From Xanthomonas campestris pv. campestris str. ATCC 33913 (GTDB taxonomy: Bacteria > Pseudomonadota > Gammaproteobacteria > Xanthomonadales > Xanthomonadaceae), in contig NC_003902.1 of the NCBI RefSeq assembly GCF_000007145.1, forward strand, positions 3,956,497 to 3,988,496: a stretch of 32,000 nucleotides of DNA, given 5' to 3'. Made by a program: the position numbers and the translations under genes. Below are positions 27,649-32,000 of this stretch, piece after piece. The notes below the pieces were generated by a model. It ran no database searches, was not told the DNA's origin, and worked only from the letters and a program-made list of their open reading frames with translations. Every line of letters starts with the position of its first letter. Positions within the stretch are counted from its first letter, which is position 1.

Positions 27649-28818
27649 ATGCGCCTCAATCCGCTCGTTCTTGCGCTGGCCATCGCCGCCGCGCCCGCCG
27701 CCCATGCCGCCACCTCGATCGAGAACTGGCCCACCAAGTACACCTTCGGTGACGGCACTGAAGTCGGCCTGACCGGCAACTACGCCTACGACGACAACAA
27801 TTTCTCCGGCGACGACCGCCTGGAAGACCGCACCGATTTCCGCCGCAAGGAATTCGGCGCCACCTTGAAGAAGAAGGGCGTCTACGACGCCATGGTGTAT
27901 TTCGACTTCGAAGCCAAGCTGTGGCTTGACGTGTTCTTCCGCTTCGAAACCAAGGCGCTGCTGGGCCAGGACTACGGCCGGGTACGCCTGGGCTACATGA
28001 AGGTGCCGGTGGGCCTGGAAGCGGTGCAGAGTTCGCGTGCGGGCAGCTTCATGGAACTGGGCCTGCCGGTGCAGGCGGTGTTCCAGGGTCGCCGGACCGG
28101 CGTGGAATGGACCCTGGAACGCCCGCAGTACCTGCTGCAGGCCGGCGCATACGGCGGCCAGGACCTGCAGGGGGACAACCCCGGCACCACCCAGGCTGTG
28201 CATGCGGCCTGGACCCCGTTCAAGGCCGAAGGCAACGTGCTGCACCTGGGCATCGCCGGCTCGGTGGAAAACCCGCGCGGCTTCAGCGACGGCCGTGGCG
28301 TGTCGTTCAGCCCGCGCGTGCGGCTGCGCGCCCGCCCGGAAGCCGGGTTGACCGATGTGCGCCTGATCGACACCGGCACCATCCTCGATGTGGATCACGT
28401 GATCCGCACCGGCGTGGAAGCGGTGTGGATCCACGGCCCGTTCTCGCTGCAGAGCGAAGCGCTGCGTGCCGAAGTGGCGCGTAATGCCGGCCAGCCGCAC
28501 TTCATCGCCCAGGGCCAGTACGTGTATGGCACCTGGTCGCTGACCGGCGAGTCGCGTAGCTATGCCGGCGGCGTGCCAGGCAACATCAAGCCCGCCCACG
28601 ATTACGGCGCGGTCGAACTGACTGCACGCTACAGCCGCCTGAATCTGGAAGACAACAACGTCCACGGCGGCCGTCAGCACGACACCACCATCGGTGCCAA
28701 CTGGTACCTCACCAGCCACTTCAAGATGCAGGCCAACTACAGCTGGGTGGATTCCTCGCGCAACGGCGTGCATGAAACCCCGCACGTGATGGAACTGCGC
28801 GCGCAGGTGATGTTCTAA
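27649..28818 (+). CDS. OprO/OprP-family (Porin_O_P) anion-selective outer-membrane porin
   Basis: The ORF is 389 aa. It has a signal peptide (MRLNPLVLALAIAAAPAAHA), alternating beta-strand sequence, the segment GANWYLTSHFKMQANYSWV and a C-terminal aromatic residue (..RAQVMF). Confidence 0.75.
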   Translation: MRLNPLVLALAIAAAPAAHAATSIENWPTKYTFGDGTEVGLTGNYAYDDNNFSGDDRLEDRTDFRRKEFGATLKKKGVYDAMVYFDFEAKLWLDVFFRFETKALLGQDYGRVRLGYMKVPVGLEAVQSSRAGSFMELGLPVQAVFQGRRTGVEWTLERPQYLLQAGAYGGQDLQGDNPGTTQAVHAAWTPFKAEGNVLHLGIAGSVENPRGFSDGRGVSFSPRVRLRARPEAGLTDVRLIDTGTILDVDHVIRTGVEAVWIHGPFSLQSEALRAEVARNAGQPHFIAQGQYVYGTWSLTGESRSYAGGVPGNIKPAHDYGAVELTARYSRLNLEDNNVHGGRQHDTTIGANWYLTSHFKMQANYSWVDSSRNGVHETPHVMELRAQVMF

Positions 28819-28851
28819 GCGCCCACGGCTAACGCCTCATCCCGCATCACC

Positions 28852-28883
28852 CTGCGGCCGCCTCCTTCGGGACGCGGCCGCAG
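28852..28883 (+). terminator. Very stable GC hairpin with a UUCG tetraloop after the porin gene (terminator, attenuator or RNA-stability element)
   Basis: CTGCGGCCGC-c-TCC-TTCG-GGA-c-GCGGCCGCAG has 13 bp with one C/C mismatch. It lies 34 nt after the porin stop codon. There is no clear U tract. Confidence 0.45.
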
Positions 28884-28933
28884 TCGTGTGTGCGGTGGCT
28901 GCGCCCAGCGCCCGCCGCCGCCATACTTGCGCG

Positions 28934-31579
28934 ATGTATCCCTCGCAACGCCGCCGCCTGCTGTTCACCTTGTCGATTGTGCTGGGCGGGATGCTGGTGG
29001 CCATGTTCGCGGCCGGTTACTTTGTCGAACAGAACGCACTGCGCGAGGAAAGCGCCTCCGTGCAACGCCAGCTGCGCCTGTATGCGCAGGCGCTGCAGCA
29101 ACGCATCGACCGTTACCGCACCCTGCCGCAGATCCTGACGCTGGACCCGGACCTGCGCGCGGCCGTCGACGCGCCGTTGTCGGCCGACCAGGTCGAACGC
29201 CTCAACCGCAAACTCGAACGCGCCAACAACGTCACCCAGTCTTCCACGCTGACCCTGATCAACCGCGACGGCATCGCGCTGGCCGCCAGCAACTGGCGCG
29301 GCGCGCGCAGCAATGTGGGCGTGGATTATGCGTTCCGCCCGTACTACCAACAGGCCTTGGCCAGTGGCAGCGGCAGCTTCTACGGCATCGGCCTGACCAC
29401 CGGCGAGCCGGGCTACTTCCTGTCCCAGGCCATCCGCGACCCTGCCGGGCAGGTGCAGGGCGTGGTGGTGATCAAGATCGCGCTGGCGGCACTGGAGCGC
29501 GAATGGCTGCAGACCCCGGACATCGTGCTGGCCTCCGACGCGCACGATGTGGTGTTCCTGGCCAGCCGCCCGCAGTGGCGCTATCGCATGCTCGCCCCGC
29601 TCAGCGAACGTGACCGGCGCGAACTGCAGGCCACCCGCCAGTACGCCAGCCAACGCCTGCTGCCGCTGCAGCGCCGCGTGATCGAACCCACCGGCAGTGG
29701 CGGTGTGCTGGCGGAGATGCAGATGCCGCCCCTGAGTGGCCAGGTGCTGTGGCAGACCCTGCAGGTGCCCGAGAGCGGCTGGCGCCTGCACCTGCTGCAC
29801 GACACCCGCGCCAGTGCGGCCGCCGGCCGCGCGGCGGCCATCGCGGCGGCCGGTGCGTGGCTGGCGCTGGCGCTGCTGTGGTTGTTCGTGCAGCAGCGTA
29901 GCCGGCTGTCGGCCTTGCGCCAGCGCAGCCGGCATGAACTGGAAACGCTGCTGCAGCAACACGCCGAAGAACTGCGCACCGCCCAGGATGGCGTGGTGGC
30001 AGCGGCGCAACAGGCCAACACTGGCCTGAGCCGCAGCCTGGAACATCTGCCGCAAGGCGTTGTGGTCATCGACGCGGCGCTGAACCTGGTGGCGTGGAAT
30101 TCGCGCTACGTGGAGCTGTTCCGCTTTCCCGCCGAGCTGCTGCAGGTCGGCCGGCCGATCGAAGACCTGTTCCGCTTCAACGCGCGCCGCGGCCTGCTCG
30201 GGCCCGGCCCGATCGAGGCCGCCATCGAACGCCGCCTCAACCATCTGCGCAGCGGCAAACCGCACATGCGCGAGAGCGAGAAGGAAGACGGCACGGTGCT
30301 GGAAATCCGCGGCAACCCGCTGCCCGATGGCGGTTTTGTCACCAGCTACGCCGACATCACCACCTACAAGAACGCCGCGCGCGAACTGCGCTCGCTGGCC
30401 GATGCGCTGGAACACCGCGTAGCCGAGCGCACGCGCGATCTGGCCGCAGCCAAGCGCGAGGCCGAAAGCGCCAACCGCTACAAGACCCGCTTCGTCGCAT
30501 CGGCAGTGCACGACCTGCTGCAGCCGCTCAATGCCGCGCGCATGTTCGTCTCGGTGTTGCGTGGGCAGGTGCACGCCACCGGCAGTGCGCAACTGGTGGA
30601 CAACATCGACGGCGCACTGGCGGCGCAGGACGCCATCCTCAACAGCCTGCTCGACATCTCGCGCCTGGAAGCCGGCAGCCTGAAAACCCAGGTCCGCGAT
30701 TTTGCGATCGGCCCGCTGCTGGACACCCTGGCGCGCGAGTTCGGCATCCTGGCCGAAGACCGCGGCCTGGCGCTCGACTGGGTGCCCACCTCGGCGGTGG
30801 TGTTGAGCGACGAAACCCTGTTGCGCCGCATCCTGCAGAACTTCCTGTCCAATGCGATCCGCTACACCCCGCGCGGCCGCGTGCTGCTCGGGTGCCGCCG
30901 GCGTGGCGGCTGGCTGCGCATCGAAGTGCATGACCAGGGCCCGGGCATTCCCGAAGCGCTACAGCACGAAATCTTCGAAGAATTCCGCCGCCTCGACGAC
31001 GGCGTGGCCAACGACCGTGGCGCAGGCCTGGGCCTGGCGATTGTCGAGCGCATCGGCCGCCTGCTCGGGCATCGCATCGGCCTGCGCTCCACGCTGGGCG
31101 GCGGCAGCGTGTTTTCGGTCAGCGTGCCGCTGGGCGAACGTGCGGCCATCGTGCAGCCATTGCCCACGCCGCAGCTGCAGCACGAACACGGCAACGACCC
31201 CATCCTGCACGGCTGTCGGGTGTGGTGCGTGGACGATGATCCGCGCGTGTGCGAGGCCACGCGTGCACTGCTGGAGCGCTGGGAATGCCGGGTCGATTTT
31301 GCCGGCGGCCCCGACGACGCGCTGGCCGCGGCCAGCCCCGACGATGCACCGGAACTGCTGCTGCTGGACGTACGCATGGGCAACCATTACGGCCCGATGC
31401 TGCTGCCGCAACTGGTGGCGCAATGGCAGCGCGAACCGCGCGTCATCCTGGTCACCGCCGAACCCAGCCCCGCCCTGCGCGAGCATGCGCTGGAAGCGGG
31501 CTGGGGCTTCCTGTCCAAACCGGTCCGGCCGCCGGCGCTGCGCGCGTTGGTCACGCAGATGTTGTTGCGGCGCGGGTAA
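28934..31579 (+). CDS. Hybrid sensor histidine kinase: DctB-like double-Cache periplasmic sensor, TM, PAS, HisKA, HATPase_c and receiver
   Basis: This is ORF 28886..31579(+), with an ATG at 28934 (MYPSQRRRLLF). The sensor region reads RYRTLPQILTLDPDL...ASNW...VGVDYAFRPYYQQAL...FYGIGLTTGEPGYF. The H-box is FVASAVHDLLQPLNAA, the G-boxes are DQGPGIP and GAGLGLAIV, and the receiver contains LLLLDVRM. Confidence 0.85.
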   Translation: MYPSQRRRLLFTLSIVLGGMLVAMFAAGYFVEQNALREESASVQRQLRLYAQALQQRIDRYRTLPQILTLDPDLRAAVDAPLSADQVERLNRKLERANNVTQSSTLTLINRDGIALAASNWRGARSNVGVDYAFRPYYQQALASGSGSFYGIGLTTGEPGYFLSQAIRDPAGQVQGVVVIKIALAALEREWLQTPDIVLASDAHDVVFLASRPQWRYRMLAPLSERDRRELQATRQYASQRLLPLQRRVIEPTGSGGVLAEMQMPPLSGQVLWQTLQVPESGWRLHLLHDTRASAAAGRAAAIAAAGAWLALALLWLFVQQRSRLSALRQRSRHELETLLQQHAEELRTAQDGVVAAAQQANTGLSRSLEHLPQGVVVIDAALNLVAWNSRYVELFRFPAELLQVGRPIEDLFRFNARRGLLGPGPIEAAIERRLNHLRSGKPHMRESEKEDGTVLEIRGNPLPDGGFVTSYADITTYKNAARELRSLADALEHRVAERTRDLAAAKREAESANRYKTRFVASAVHDLLQPLNAARMFVSVLRGQVHATGSAQLVDNIDGALAAQDAILNSLLDISRLEAGSLKTQVRDFAIGPLLDTLAREFGILAEDRGLALDWVPTSAVVLSDETLLRRILQNFLSNAIRYTPRGRVLLGCRRRGGWLRIEVHDQGPGIPEALQHEIFEEFRRLDDGVANDRGAGLGLAIVERIGRLLGHRIGLRSTLGGGSVFSVSVPLGERAAIVQPLPTPQLQHEHGNDPILHGCRVWCVDDDPRVCEATRALLERWECRVDFAGGPDDALAAASPDDAPELLLLDVRMGNHYGPMLLPQLVAQWQREPRVILVTAEPSPALREHALEAGWGFLSKPVRPPALRALVTQMLLRRG

Positions 31580-31581
31580 GT

Positions 31582-31599
31582 CTGTGCGGCAACGCACAG
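31582..31599 (+). terminator. Short hairpin CTGTGCG-GCAA-CGCACAG (GNRA loop) just after the kinase stop codon, followed by a second CAGGC..GCCTG hairpin
   Basis: The 7-bp stem and GCAA loop are read directly. There is no U tract, so terminator function is uncertain. Confidence 0.3.
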
Positions 31600-31716
31600 G
31601 CGCAGGCACCGCTGCCTGGCGGGGTCGGATCGTGCACCACCACTTCGCGTTTCAACGTCAGGCACTGGCCGTTAGCCTGAATCATCGTGCTTCCGCACCT
31701 GCAAGGTGGACGCCCG

Positions 31717-31941
31717 ATGATGAAGACGACGCTGTTTCTTTTGACGTCCTTGTTGATTGTCAGCTGCGCAGGCGGATTCACGGCGCACGCGCAGGACGCT
31801 CCGGCCGCTGCGCAGCCCGGGTCATCAGCACGCGTGCAGATGGATCCCTACACGACAGGCAAACTGATCACCGTGCTGGATCAGGTCGCACGCCACCGCC
31901 ATCTCAGCACCGGCCACATGATCGATGTGGTGTCCGCGTAA
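31717..31941 (+). CDS. Small secreted protein or lipoprotein (74 aa), function unknown
   Basis: This is ORF 31687..31941(+). An AAGGTGGA ribosome-binding site lies 6-7 nt before the ATG at 31717. The signal peptide MMKTTLFLLTSLLIVSCAGG carries a lipobox-like IVSC, and an AHA-Q SPase I site is also possible. Confidence 0.55.
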   Translation: MMKTTLFLLTSLLIVSCAGGFTAHAQDAPAAAQPGSSARVQMDPYTTGKLITVLDQVARHRHLSTGHMIDVVSA

Positions 31942-32000
31942 TTTTTGGCAACGCCGTATTGTCTACAGGGCGAATCAGTGATGCGCGCTTTGCGCCGGCA

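Noticed and set aside
31978-32000. A possible gene start (GTG ATG CGC GCT TTG CGC CGG..) lies at the window edge.
   Set aside because: Only 7 codons are visible, which is not enough to support a call.

Overview
This is a high-GC (roughly 65%) gammaproteobacterial chromosome segment. Gene content, REP elements and synteny look Xanthomonas-like (Xanthomonadaceae). I saw no rRNA, tRNA or CRISPR array.

Gene order:
- leuB, a SAM-methyltransferase, leuD and leuC form a minus-strand operon, with a divergent LysR-type regulator.
- A large periplasmic beta-propeller/Y_Y_Y sensor diguanylate cyclase (GGEEF) follows.
- Next is a TetR regulator, a PCMT-like methyltransferase and tolC.
- An LPS inner-core/lipid A block contains waaA, lpxL, a Wzy_C-type O-antigen-ligase-like protein, a GT4 glycosyltransferase and a small zf-CHCC protein.
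- A GH92 alpha-mannosidase is split from its C-terminal discoidin domain by an intact 1.5-kb IS5-type insertion sequence.
- A REP-rich spacer with an AT-rich island follows.
- The last block is a C4-dicarboxylate neighbourhood: maeB, dctA, an OprO/P-family porin and a DctB-like hybrid sensor kinase. A small lipoprotein gene comes after it.

Most of the window is ordinary core genome. The points most worth a second look are:
- the clean IS interruption of the GH92 gene;
- a sharp intragenic composition break in tolC, which suggests an imported allele;
- the anion porin and the rewired DctB-like hybrid kinase beside dctA/maeB, with no DctD;
- the methyltransferase coupled inside the leu operon;
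- the zf-CHCC gene leading an LPS-core operon.

I did not find a convincing wholly new multi-gene system. The many long ORFs antisense to real genes are high-GC artefacts.
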